Source: Candidatus Omnitrophota bacterium (GTDB taxonomy: Bacteria > Omnitrophota > Gorgyraeia > 2-01-FULL-45-10). From it: DNA of 64,000 nucleotides. The number at the start of each line of letters is the position of its first letter. Within the stretch, counting starts at the first letter, position 1. The notes under the pieces were generated by a model. That model saw only the letters and a program-made list of their open reading frames with translations. It did no database searches and had not been told where the DNA came from. The stretch spans positions 41,471-105,470 of the forward strand of contig JBAZKH010000007.1 of assembly GCA_041650935.1 (NCBI GenBank), in the 5' to 3' direction. The position numbers and the translations under genes were made by a program. Shown piece by piece: positions 6,978 through 16,829 of this stretch.

Positions 6978-8218
6978 TGAAGATACTGAAAGCTTTTAAA
7001 TGGTTATATCCCGGCATGTGGGTAAAACGCTGGATACTTCTGACTGTATTCGGCGTCATCATGGTATCGATGGGATTTGTGATGGTGCTCCTCGAACAGC
7101 ATCCGAAGAACAAGGCTTTCGCGAGTGTTATCATAATCCTCGGTATCCTGGCGGTGATAACCGGGATAAAGCGTATAATAAAGTCCCTGGTTACGGTCTT
7201 CCTGCCGCAGAGCGAAGACGAACTTGTAGATAAGGTTTATAAGAAGAGGGTCCTTGAGAAAGGGCCGAAGATAGTGGTTATAGGCGGCGGCACGGGGCTG
7301 GCGACTCTTCTTCGCGGTTTAAAAGAATATACCAGCAATATTACCGCGATCGTTACGGTGGCCGACGACGGCGGTTCGTCGGGACGTTTGAGACAGGAGT
7401 TCGATGTATTGCCGCCCGGCGACATACGCAACTGCCTTGTCGCGCTTGCCGATGCCGAACCCCTGGTAGGTAAACTATTCCAATTCAGGTTCGATGAGGG
7501 CACGGGCCTGGCCGGACACAACTTCGGCAACCTGTTTATAACGGCTCTTTCGCAGGTAACCGGTGATTTTGACGCCGCTATAAAAGAATCGAGCAAGGTA
7601 CTTGCTATCAGGGGAAGGGTCTTGCCTGCGACGCTGGATAAAGTTGCGCTGGTGGCCGAGCATGCGGACGGGACGGAGACTGTCGGCGAAAGCATTATAC
7701 CGCAGGCCGCTATGCCTATAAAACGCGTGCACCTGAGGCCGGCAAATTGCAGGCCCACCGACGAGGCGATCGATGCCATTAAGAGGGCGGATGTCGTTGT
7801 CCTGGGTCCGGGCAGTCTCTATACGAGCATTATGCCCAACCTTATGGTCGGGAAAATTTACCAGGAGATAATAGATTCAAAGGCCATAAAAATATACGTA
7901 TGCAATGTAATGACGCAGAAGGGCGAAACGGAAGATTATAAAGCGAGCGAACACCTTAAGGCAATAATAGCGCATACCGCTCCCGGGATAGTCGATTACT
8001 GTATCGTGAATACGGCAAAGATAAAACCCGAGATGCTGGAAAAATATAAACAGGAAGAAGCATATCCGGTTATCCCGGATTCGGAAAACGTAAGAAAGAT
8101 GAAGTGCAAAGTGATAGAGGCGCACATAGTCAAGGCAGAGGGTTATGTAAGGCACGACTCGGACAAGGTGGCAAAGATAATCGTGGATCTTGTAACGAGC
8201 CTTAAGAAATCAAGGTAA
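6977..8218 (+). CDS. YvcK/UPF0052 (CofD-like, gluconeogenesis factor family) with an N-terminal two-TM extension
   Basis: VVIGGGTGLATLLRGLK...VADDGGSSGRLR motifs. GTG start with a ribosome-binding site. Confidence 0.75.
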   Translation: MKILKAFKWLYPGMWVKRWILLTVFGVIMVSMGFVMVLLEQHPKNKAFASVIIILGILAVITGIKRIIKSLVTVFLPQSEDELVDKVYKKRVLEKGPKIVVIGGGTGLATLLRGLKEYTSNITAIVTVADDGGSSGRLRQEFDVLPPGDIRNCLVALADAEPLVGKLFQFRFDEGTGLAGHNFGNLFITALSQVTGDFDAAIKESSKVLAIRGRVLPATLDKVALVAEHADGTETVGESIIPQAAMPIKRVHLRPANCRPTDEAIDAIKRADVVVLGPGSLYTSIMPNLMVGKIYQEIIDSKAIKIYVCNVMTQKGETEDYKASEHLKAIIAHTAPGIVDYCIVNTAKIKPEMLEKYKQEEAYPVIPDSENVRKMKCKVIEAHIVKAEGYVRHDSDKVAKIIVDLVTSLKKSR

Positions 8219-8219
8219 T

Positions 8220-8501
8220 ATGATGATCGTAGAGAAAAGCGTAACGATAAGAAATAAACAGGGATTACATGCCAGGCCCGCGGCACTATTTGTCCAGGTG
8301 GCGAATAAATTCTCCAGCGAGATCACCATCGCCAAGGGAAGGCAGAAGATAAACGGTAAATCTATAATGGGGATCATGATGCTGGCCGCAGCCGCGGGCT
8401 CGAAAGTTACTATAATTGCCGACGGAGACGATGCGGATAAAGCCGTCGTGGAACTGGAAAAATTGCTTATTGCCGACGATATGGATGAATTCGTAATTTG
8501 A
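8220..8501 (+). CDS. ptsH: phosphocarrier protein HPr
   Basis: GLHARPAA with the His15 context. About 90 aa. Confidence 0.8.
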   Translation: MMIVEKSVTIRNKQGLHARPAALFVQVANKFSSEITIAKGRQKINGKSIMGIMMLAAAAGSKVTIIADGDDADKAVVELEKLLIADDMDEFVI

Positions 8502-8514
8502 CCGGGGACATCAT

Positions 8515-10281
8515 ATGATTAAAAAGAAAGAAATAGTGTTAAAAGGTATTCCGGCATCACCGGGCATTACTACGGGTAAGGCGTTCCTGTATGGCCGGGA
8601 GCAGTACACTATTCCCCGGCGCACCGTGGGAGACCTTCAGATACAGAATGAAATAAAGCGCTTCAAAGATGCCCTTATCCAGACCAAGAACGAGATACAG
8701 GAGATAAAGCGGCACATTTCGGATGAGATGGGGGCGGAGCATGGACAGATATTCAGCGCGCATCTCCTGGTAATCGACGACAGCATGCTGATCGAAGAGG
8801 TCATATCCAGGCTTAAGCGGGAGAAGCTGTCGATCGAGTATATATTCCAGGATGTCCTGCGCAGGTATATAAAAGTATTTTCCGAAATGGACGATGAATA
8901 CCTGAAGGAGCGCATCAGCGATGTGAACGATGTCGGGCGCAGGATACTGAAGAACCTTATAGGCGCCAAAGAGGACATCCTCTCGAACCTGAAAGAGAAA
9001 GTCATCGTCATTGCTTATGATCTTTCTCCCTCCGACACCGCTACGATGCACAAGAAGAATGTCATCGCCTTCGCTACGGATATAGGCGGCAGGACCTCGC
9101 ATACCGCTATAATGGCAAAGTCGCTGGAGATACCCGCCGTCGTCGGCTTGGAGGGCGCGACAAAGAAGGTCGAGACCGGTGATATCATAATAGTGGATGG
9201 CACGCATGGGACGGTGATAATCAATCCGTCCGCCGCAACGATCAAAAAATACGAAAAGGATAAGATAAAATTTGCCGAGGTTGAAAAACACCTCCTGGAA
9301 CTCAAAAACCTGCCGTGCGTTACCCTCGACGGTAAGAATATCGAATTATCCGCTAATATCGAAGTTCCCGAAGACGTCCCTTCCGTTATAGCGCATGGCG
9401 CGACGGGCATAGGGTTATACCGCACCGAATACTTTTACATGAACCGGAAAGACCTGCCGTCCGAAGAAGAGCAGTTCAAGGCTTATTCCGCCGTTGCCAA
9501 AAAAGTGAAGCCGCATTCGGTAATTATAAGGACACTCGATATCGGCGGAGATAAATTCCTGTCACAGCTGGAAGTGCCGCAGCAGATGAACCCGTTCCTT
9601 GGATGGCGGGCGATACGGTTCTGCCTTGCCAGGCCCGATATATTCAGGGCCCAGCTCAGGGCGATAGTAAGGGCGTCGTTTTATGGCAAGCTCAAGGTTA
9701 TGTATCCTATGATATCGGGGCTCGAGGAGTTGAGGCAGGCAAATGCATTATTAGAGGAAGTGCAGAAAGAGCTCAAGAAAGAGGGCGTCCCGTTCGATGA
9801 AGAGATGGAAGTGGGCGCGATGATCGAAGTTCCGTCTGCCGCCCTGACGAGTGACATACTTGCCAAAGAGGTAGACTTCTTCTCCATAGGTACCAACGAC
9901 CTTATCCAGTATGCGCTTGCCGTCGACAGGGTTAATGAGAAGATAGCGTATCTTTACGAGCCGGCCCATCCGGCGGTATTGCGTCTCATCAAGAACGTCA
10001 TAGAGAGCGGTCATAATGCCGGCATATGGATCGGTATGTGCGGCGAGATGGCGGGCGATATAGCTATGACCATAGTGCTCCTGGGCCTGGGCCTCGATGA
10101 ATTCAGCACCTCTCCCATAGCGATACCGGAGATAAAGCGCATAATAAGGTCCGTGACGCTCCGCCAGGCGAAGGAGATAGCTCAGGGAGCCATAAGCCTT
10201 TCTACCGGCAAGGATGTAGAAAAGTTTGCCAAGAAGAAACTGACCGAGATAGTGCCCGATCTTGCCATAGAAATAGGATAA
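8515..10281 (+). CDS. ptsI: phosphoenolpyruvate-protein phosphotransferase (Enzyme I)
   Basis: GGRTSHTAIMA phosphohistidine region and a PEP-utilising C-terminal domain. Confidence 0.9.
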   Translation: MIKKKEIVLKGIPASPGITTGKAFLYGREQYTIPRRTVGDLQIQNEIKRFKDALIQTKNEIQEIKRHISDEMGAEHGQIFSAHLLVIDDSMLIEEVISRLKREKLSIEYIFQDVLRRYIKVFSEMDDEYLKERISDVNDVGRRILKNLIGAKEDILSNLKEKVIVIAYDLSPSDTATMHKKNVIAFATDIGGRTSHTAIMAKSLEIPAVVGLEGATKKVETGDIIIVDGTHGTVIINPSAATIKKYEKDKIKFAEVEKHLLELKNLPCVTLDGKNIELSANIEVPEDVPSVIAHGATGIGLYRTEYFYMNRKDLPSEEEQFKAYSAVAKKVKPHSVIIRTLDIGGDKFLSQLEVPQQMNPFLGWRAIRFCLARPDIFRAQLRAIVRASFYGKLKVMYPMISGLEELRQANALLEEVQKELKKEGVPFDEEMEVGAMIEVPSAALTSDILAKEVDFFSIGTNDLIQYALAVDRVNEKIAYLYEPAHPAVLRLIKNVIESGHNAGIWIGMCGEMAGDIAMTIVLLGLGLDEFSTSPIAIPEIKRIIRSVTLRQAKEIAQGAISLSTGKDVEKFAKKKLTEIVPDLAIEIG

Positions 10282-10292
10282 AGAGGGACGAT

Positions 10293-11039
10293 ATGACGCT
10301 GATAATACTGGCGGCAGGTTATGCGGTAAGGCTCCAACCCTTGACCCTGGACACGTCCAAATCGCTTCTGCCGATCGGCGGTAAGAAGATAGTGGACAGG
10401 ATACTCGAAAAGGTTGTTAAGATAAAGGGCGTATCCGCAATTTACATCATCACTAATTCGAAATTTTTTAAAAATTTCAGCGACTGGCTGAAATCATCCA
10501 GGCATGGGAAAAAAATAGCGCTTATATGCGACGGCACTACAACTAACGAGACCAGGCTCGGCGCTGTAAGGGACCTTGAGTTCGTGATAAAAGAAGAGTT
10601 TATCAAAGACGATATCATGGTAGTGGCCGGCGACAACCTCTTCGAATTCGACCTTAATGATTTCCTGGCTTTTGCCAAAAAAAAAGACGGGGTCTCCATA
10701 GCCGTGCATGACATCGGCGCGCTGGAGCCCGCGAAGAACTACGGAGTGGTGAAGGTAGCCGGGGACGACAGGGTCGTAGATTTCGAGGAGAAGCCGCCTC
10801 AACCGAAATCCACATTGATCTCGACGGGGATATATTATTTCCCGAAAGATAAAGTTGCATTTATTAACGAATATGTTAAAATGCAGAACAAACTTGACGC
10901 CCCGGGCCATTACATAGGATGGCTCGCGAAGCGCGACAAGGTTTATGGTTTCGCCTTCTCTGAAGATTGGTACGATATAGGTAACATGGAATCTTATAAG
11001 AAGGCGGATGGGGAGTATCTAAAAAAGGAGAATAGGTAG
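10293..11039 (+). CDS. sugar-phosphate nucleotidyltransferase (NTP_transferase family)
   Basis: [13 protein letters not shown]...[14 protein letters not shown]-terminal signature. Confidence 0.65.
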   Translation: MTLIILAAGYAVRLQPLTLDTSKSLLPIGGKKIVDRILEKVVKIKGVSAIYIITNSKFFKNFSDWLKSSRHGKKIALICDGTTTNETRLGAVRDLEFVIKEEFIKDDIMVVAGDNLFEFDLNDFLAFAKKKDGVSIAVHDIGALEPAKNYGVVKVAGDDRVVDFEEKPPQPKSTLISTGIYYFPKDKVAFINEYVKMQNKLDAPGHYIGWLAKRDKVYGFAFSEDWYDIGNMESYKKADGEYLKKENR

Positions 11040-11040
11040 A

Positions 11041-12213
11041 ATGACGAAGCATAAATATCTTTTTACATCGGAGAGCGTGACCGAGGGTCACCCCGATAAA
11101 GTTTGCGACCAGGTATCGGATGGCGTTCTTGACGAAGTCTTAAGGCAGGACCCTGCCGGCCGCGTTGCCTGCGAGACATACGTAACGATGGGCCTTATAA
11201 TAATAGGCGGAGAGATAACGACGACCGCTTATGTGGATATCCATAAATTATGCAGGGAGATATTGAAGGATATAGGATATATCCATCCAAAATACGGTTT
11301 CGATTACCATACCTGCGCCATATTGAACGCAATACACACGCAATCTCCGGATATCGCGCTAGGTGTGGATAAGGGCGGGGCAGGCGATCAGGGGATGATG
11401 ATGGGTTATGCCTGTAACGAAACCCCGGAGCTCATGCCCCTGCCGATCATGCTTTCGCACAGGCTATGCAGAAAACTGGCCGAATTGAGGAAAAATAACA
11501 TATTGAAGTATCTCGGCCCTGATGGGAAATCACAAGTGACGGTCGAATATCACGACAACAAGCCGGCAAGAGTGACATCGGTAGTCCTGGCGTCGCAGCA
11601 TACCGAAGATGTAGTGGATAAAAAGACCGATACGCTTTCGGACAAAGCCCGCAATGAGATCATAGAGAAGGTTGCGAAACCTATCCTGAAAGATTACATC
11701 GATAACGAGACCAAGTTTTATATCAACCAGACAGGCAAGTTCGTCATAGGCGGACCTCAGTCGGATACCGGCATGACGGGCCGCAAGATAATAGTCGATA
11801 CGTATGGCGGGACGATCTCGCATGGAGGCGGTGCTTTCTCAGGTAAAGATCCCACGAAGGTGGACCGTTCGGCGGCATATATGGGCAGATATATCGCAAA
11901 GAACCTGGTAGCCGCAGGCATCGCGGACCGCCTGATGGTTCAGCTGGCGTATGTCATAGGCAAGGCCGAACCGGTATCGATGATGGTCAATACTTACGGC
12001 ACCGGCAAACTTTCGGACGACAAAATAGTAAAGGTCATAAGAGATAATTTCGAATTGACGCCGCACGGGATGATCGCGGAGCTGAAATTACGCGAATCAG
12101 ACGGTAAAAGATACAGACAGACGGCGGCATACGGCCATTTCGGCAGAGCCGGGGATGCGTTTACCTGGGAAGCGACGGATATGGCGAAGGGACTTAAAAA
12201 ATACCTTAAATAG
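11041..12213 (+). CDS. metK: S-adenosylmethionine synthetase
   Basis: [20 protein letters not shown] and [19 protein letters not shown] motifs. Confidence 0.95.
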   Translation: MTKHKYLFTSESVTEGHPDKVCDQVSDGVLDEVLRQDPAGRVACETYVTMGLIIIGGEITTTAYVDIHKLCREILKDIGYIHPKYGFDYHTCAILNAIHTQSPDIALGVDKGGAGDQGMMMGYACNETPELMPLPIMLSHRLCRKLAELRKNNILKYLGPDGKSQVTVEYHDNKPARVTSVVLASQHTEDVVDKKTDTLSDKARNEIIEKVAKPILKDYIDNETKFYINQTGKFVIGGPQSDTGMTGRKIIVDTYGGTISHGGGAFSGKDPTKVDRSAAYMGRYIAKNLVAAGIADRLMVQLAYVIGKAEPVSMMVNTYGTGKLSDDKIVKVIRDNFELTPHGMIAELKLRESDGKRYRQTAAYGHFGRAGDAFTWEATDMAKGLKKYLK

Positions 12214-12216
12214 CAC

Positions 12217-12240
12217 GTAGTGTATAGTGAATAGTGGGTA
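12217..12240. repeat. AGTGRAT-type short tandem repeats
   Basis: GTAGTGTATAGTGAATAGTGGGTA. The same family occurs at 36567-36649. Confidence 0.5.
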
Positions 12241-12262
12241 AAAAAATAGGAAAATTAAAATT

Positions 12263-13519
12263 ATGCGATACGATGTAAAAGACTCAGGCTTGGCAAAAAA
12301 AGGCAAGCTGCGTATAGAGTGGGCGAATGAGTACATGAAAGTCCTTCAGCTTATTCGCAGGCATTTTAAAAAAGAGAAGCCGTTAAAAGGGCTCAAAATT
12401 GCGGCCTGCCTGCATGTTACTACCGAGACGGCTAACCTGGCGTATACATTAAAGGAAGGCGGCGCTGAAGTGGTTATATGCGCTTCTAACCCGTTGAGCA
12501 CCCAGGATGATGTTGCCGCGTCCCTGGTAAAAGATTACAAAATACCTACTTTTGCCATAAAGGGCGAAGATAATAAGACATACTATAGCCATATAAACAG
12601 AGTCCTGGACACAAAGCCGAATATAACTATGGATGATGGCGCCGACCTTGTCTCCACGGTCCAGAAGTCAAGAGCCAGCCTTGTCAAGGATATTATAGGC
12701 GGGACCGAAGAGACTACCACGGGTGTTATAAGGCTGAAGAGCCTTGAGAAGCAGGGACTGCTTCGCTATCCTATAATAGCCGTGAACGAAGCTCTTACAA
12801 AGCACCTCTTCGACAACCGTTATGGAACCGGGCAGTCCACGGTAGACGGTATAGTGCGCGCGACCAACGTCCTTTTAGCGGGGTCGAATTTTGTGGTATG
12901 CGGTTATGGCTGGTGCGGCAGGGGCCTTGCCATGCGCGCGAGAGGGATGGGCGCTAACGTGACTATCGTAGAGATCGATCCGCTGAAAGCGCTTGAAGCG
13001 GTGATGGACGGATACACCGTTGCACCGATAAAGGAAGCGTGTAAAAAGGCCGATGTCATAGTTACCCTTACCGGAGATATAAACGTTATCAGGCAGGAGC
13101 ATTTCGAGACGATGAAGGATGGGGCGATAGTCGCGAACTCGGGGCATTTTAATGTGGAGATAGATATCCCGGCTCTCGAGCGGATTGCCGTTAAGAAGAG
13201 AGTGGTGAGGGATTATGTGGAAGAGTATACGCTGAAAGACGGCAGGCGTGTCAATCTGCTGGGTGAAGGCAGGCTCATAAACCTGGCTTCGGCGGAAGGC
13301 CATCCGGCAAGCGTAATGGATATGAGTTTCGCGAATCAGGCCCTGGCGGCTGAATATATCGCGAAGAACTATAAGAGGCTGGAACGTAAAGTCTATGAAG
13401 TGCCGGAATTTATAGATAAAAATATCGCAAAACTCAAACTGGAATCTCTCGGCGTCAGGATAGACACATTGACCGAGGAGCAGAAGAAGTATCTGGAAAG
13501 CTGGGAATTGGGGACGTAG
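12263..13519 (+). CDS. ahcY: adenosylhomocysteinase
   Basis: Full-length match to the SAH hydrolase pattern ([16 protein letters not shown]..., NAD-binding GYGWCGRG). Confidence 0.95.
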   Translation: MRYDVKDSGLAKKGKLRIEWANEYMKVLQLIRRHFKKEKPLKGLKIAACLHVTTETANLAYTLKEGGAEVVICASNPLSTQDDVAASLVKDYKIPTFAIKGEDNKTYYSHINRVLDTKPNITMDDGADLVSTVQKSRASLVKDIIGGTEETTTGVIRLKSLEKQGLLRYPIIAVNEALTKHLFDNRYGTGQSTVDGIVRATNVLLAGSNFVVCGYGWCGRGLAMRARGMGANVTIVEIDPLKALEAVMDGYTVAPIKEACKKADVIVTLTGDINVIRQEHFETMKDGAIVANSGHFNVEIDIPALERIAVKKRVVRDYVEEYTLKDGRRVNLLGEGRLINLASAEGHPASVMDMSFANQALAAEYIAKNYKRLERKVYEVPEFIDKNIAKLKLESLGVRIDTLTEEQKKYLESWELGT

Positions 13520-13618
13520 TTAGATATAGACCATAAACCAAAATCTAATTTTTTAGTCTCTGGTCTACTGTCTCTGGCCTATAGTCTATAAGGTGCGCAG
13601 AAAGGAGCGTAGTAAAAG

Positions 13619-14944
13619 ATGGGTAGAAGTCCGATCGACATGGATAAAGTAATAATGGATCTTATTTTGACCGATAATCTGGACGAAAAGAAGATGCTTG
13701 CCAAGAAGATAACGGATATCGCATATAAAAAAGGCATCTTTCTTTCCAGTATAAATGGATTTTATATGGCACGCGGGAAAGGTGAAGTCCCGGCCAATTT
13801 TACCGTGCCGGCAATGAACCTGAGAGTTCTCACCTATGATCTTGCCAAGTCCGTCTTCAGGGTTGCGAAGCGGAAGAACGCCGGGGCCTTTATCTTCGAA
13901 ATAGCCAAGTCAGAGATGGGATATACGAACCAGCCGGCGATAGAATATACGGCTGTCTGTCTTGCCGCTGCTATAAAAGAAGAATGGACGGGGCCGGTCT
14001 TCATACAGGGCGACCATTTCCAGCTAAATGCCAAGAATTATAAAGATAACCCGGCCAAGGAGCTCGACAGCCTGAAGTCGCTCATGCTTCACGCGCTTGA
14101 GGCGGGATTTTACAATATAGATATCGATTCATCGACTCTTGTAGACCTTTCGAAGGTAAGCGTTAAGAAACAGCAGGAAGCTAACTACGAAGTTTGCGCC
14201 GCGCTTACGAACTTCATACGCCAGAACCAGCCGCGCGGCATAGAGGTTTCTGTGGGCGGCGAGATAGGCGAAGTGGGCCATCAAAATTCTACGCCGGAGG
14301 ACCTGCAAGCGTTTATGGCGGGTTACAAGGAGAGACTGCGCAAGGGCCGGTGCGGTATATCGAAGATAAGCGTCCAGACGGGGACCTCGCACGGCGGCGT
14401 AGTCCTGCCCGATGGCACGATAGCCAAGGTCAAGCTTGACTTCAATACTTTGAGGACGCTTTCAAGGCTCTCGCGCGAAGAATACGGTCTGGCCGGTGCG
14501 GTCCAACATGGCGCATCGACTCTGCCCGACGAGGCGTTTGGAAAATTTCCCGAGGAAGAGACCGCCGAGGTGCATCTGGCGACCGGTTTCCAGAATATGG
14601 TCTATGACAGCCCTCACTTTCCGAAAGAGTTGAAGAATAAAATGTACGATTGGGTAAAGAAGAACCTCGCTTCCGAGCGGAAGGGCGACCAGACGGAAGA
14701 GCAGTTCCTTTATAACTCAAGAAAGAAAGCTCTCGGGCCGTTCAAGAAAGAGATCATGACTCTGCCGGCGGACGTGAGGAGCGCGATGGCCAAAGAGATA
14801 GAAGCGAAGTTCGATTTCCTGTTCGAGAAACTGAATGTCCGCAATACGAGAGAGCTTGTATCGAAACATACGGTGCTTAAGAGGGTGATATCGAGGAAGC
14901 ATTCCGCGGCTCACATCGAGATGACAGGGGAAGGCGCCGATTAA
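13619..14944 (+). CDS. class II (metal-dependent) ketose-bisphosphate aldolase family protein, long form
   Basis: VFIQGDHFQ, NIDIDSS, EVSVGGEIGEVG and SVQTGTSHG correspond to the F_bP_aldolase motifs. Confidence 0.5.
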   Translation: MGRSPIDMDKVIMDLILTDNLDEKKMLAKKITDIAYKKGIFLSSINGFYMARGKGEVPANFTVPAMNLRVLTYDLAKSVFRVAKRKNAGAFIFEIAKSEMGYTNQPAIEYTAVCLAAAIKEEWTGPVFIQGDHFQLNAKNYKDNPAKELDSLKSLMLHALEAGFYNIDIDSSTLVDLSKVSVKKQQEANYEVCAALTNFIRQNQPRGIEVSVGGEIGEVGHQNSTPEDLQAFMAGYKERLRKGRCGISKISVQTGTSHGGVVLPDGTIAKVKLDFNTLRTLSRLSREEYGLAGAVQHGASTLPDEAFGKFPEEETAEVHLATGFQNMVYDSPHFPKELKNKMYDWVKKNLASERKGDQTEEQFLYNSRKKALGPFKKEIMTLPADVRSAMAKEIEAKFDFLFEKLNVRNTRELVSKHTVLKRVISRKHSAAHIEMTGEGAD

Positions 14945-16032
14945 GTCCTCTTGTTGACGAGATAGATTCCGATAATCGCGAAGACAATGTCGCCCAGCCA
15001 TGCCGCAGTAAGCGGCGGCAGTATTCCCGCCTTACCGAAGGCAATGCTTATTGCCATAGAAGCATAATAGAGCAAGCCTATCGCTATGCTCATCCCCATG
15101 CCTATCATAACCCCGCCCCGTGTCGTTATTAACGCGAACGGGGCTCCTATCAGGATTATAATAAGGCTTATGACGGAGAAGGAGATTTTTTGGTATAGAT
15201 CCACCATAAGACCTCTTACCAGCTTGGTGCTTGTGCCCCTGAAATTTTTAATGTAATTCTTAAGTTCGGCGTAACTCATATATTCGGAATGCCATTCCTT
15301 ATAAGCGAAGTCGCGCGGCCTCTCTTTTAGAGGGACTACCTTTTCGTCGTAGAAAACAGGCTCGCTTAGTATCTTTCCGGAATTATCTATCTTCCAGGTG
15401 ATTACTTTGAAAAATTTCCATGAGTTTCCCGTCCATACGCCGCGCTGGGCCGTCGTCTTAGATATCAGGTTCTCGGAGCGGTCGTGATCGTGTATAACGA
15501 CATCGGTGAGAAGCTTCTTCTCGGTATCATAAAGCCGCGCAAAGAGTATCTTGTTGCCCGCGCCGTAGACGGCTACATTTTCGATCACCTTCTGGGGGTT
15601 ATTTTTCCGCTTCGCCTTTTCAAGTTCTTCCTGTCTTATCATACTGGCCACTTTGGAGCTTATAGGTATTATCCTGTCGCTTACGATAAAAGATGAGATG
15701 CTTATTATGAGCCCGAGGATGATTATCGGAGAGATGATCCGCCATAGGCTTATGCCGCTGGACTTCATCGCCGTTATCTCATTATTCTTATTGAGGTTGC
15801 TTAAAAGGAACATGGTCGAAAGCAGGACCGCCATAGGCGTTACCTGTAATATGATCGTAGGCGAGTAATAGACATAGAAAGCGGCCATCGCTTCGGCGGG
15901 AATCTTATATTTGACCACATCCTCGATAAAGGAGAATATGTCTATTATTACCGCCATTACCGTGAATATGAAGAGACACCACGTGAACGGCGTAAGGAAA
16001 CCTCTTACCATGTATCTATCTATTATCTTCAT
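14941..16032 (-). CDS. LptF/LptG-family permease (YjgP/YjgQ)
   Basis: MKIIDRYMVRGF start. Six-TM permease with a periplasmic beta-jellyroll region. Confidence 0.7.
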   Translation of the reverse strand: MKIIDRYMVRGFLTPFTWCLFIFTVMAVIIDIFSFIEDVVKYKIPAEAMAAFYVYYSPTIILQVTPMAVLLSTMFLLSNLNKNNEITAMKSSGISLWRIISPIIILGLIISISSFIVSDRIIPISSKVASMIRQEELEKAKRKNNPQKVIENVAVYGAGNKILFARLYDTEKKLLTDVVIHDHDRSENLISKTTAQRGVWTGNSWKFFKVITWKIDNSGKILSEPVFYDEKVVPLKERPRDFAYKEWHSEYMSYAELKNYIKNFRGTSTKLVRGLMVDLYQKISFSVISLIIILIGAPFALITTRGGVMIGMGMSIAIGLLYYASMAISIAFGKAGILPPLTAAWLGDIVFAIIGIYLVNKRT

Positions 16033-16727
16033 AGCCCTCTTGCCAGCGTCAGGCATCTGACTTCCGCCGCGCCGCCGGCTATTAACGTGTTTGCGCACTC
16101 GCTAAGGGTGGCGCCGGTCGTCATGACATCGTCTATCAGCAGCAGCCTCATATCATCGAGCCTGTTACCGTATTTTACGCGAAAGGCGCCCGCGAGATTG
16201 GATAGCCTTCCATCCCTGGAAAGCTCGGTCTGCCGCTTTGTGTGGAGCGTCTTCTCCAGGACCGGCGAAAGAGGCCGGCCGAATTCTTTAGCTATGGCCG
16301 CGGCTAGTATTTTCGATTGGTTGAAATGCCGTTTCTTCAATCCCATCTTATACAAAGGCACAAATGTTATAAGATCGATGTCGTTGATAATCTCACCGTT
16401 GTCTCTGATAAACCCTATCATAAGCCCGGCGAGCATATCCGACAGCGCCAGCTTCTCTCCGTACTTAAAATGGTGTATAAGTTCTTTCAGGGCCCCCTCA
16501 TATAAACATGCCGACCATGCCCTGGCCTTTTCGGCGGAAAGTCCGCATACGGCGCAGGGTTGCTTTGGGTTCCGTTTTATCTGGTTCTTGCAGGAGCGGC
16601 ATAGCCTGTCCTTATCTGCCGCATCGAGTGGAACTTTGCAGGCCGCGCAGTGGAGCGGGTAGAATAGGTTGACGAAGTTCTTTGCGATAAATGTCATCGT
16701 TTGCTTCATTGCACCATATAATAGCAT
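16029..16727 (-). CDS. comF: ComF-family protein (zinc-finger + phosphoribosyltransferase domain)
   Basis: CxxC...CxxC N-terminus. LLIDDVMTTGATL PRTase motif. Confidence 0.65.
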   Translation of the reverse strand: MLLYGAMKQTMTFIAKNFVNLFYPLHCAACKVPLDAADKDRLCRSCKNQIKRNPKQPCAVCGLSAEKARAWSACLYEGALKELIHHFKYGEKLALSDMLAGLMIGFIRDNGEIINDIDLITFVPLYKMGLKKRHFNQSKILAAAIAKEFGRPLSPVLEKTLHTKRQTELSRDGRLSNLAGAFRVKYGNRLDDMRLLLIDDVMTTGATLSECANTLIAGGAAEVRCLTLARGL

Positions 16728-16829
16728 GGCAAAACCGTGTTGTCAATTCACCCGAAGTTGGGCGGCCGGCAAAAAACCTTGATTTCTTTATCAGACAGTA
16801 TTAAAATACCTCCGAAAGAGGGGGTGCGG

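Noticed and set aside
8557-9291. 244-aa minus-strand ORF (and 124/136-aa neighbours)
   Set aside because: Entirely inside ptsI on the opposite strand. No ribosome-binding site and no homology pattern.
11039-11041. SAM riboswitch upstream of metK
   Set aside because: Only 1 nt separates metK from the upstream gene. No leader space.
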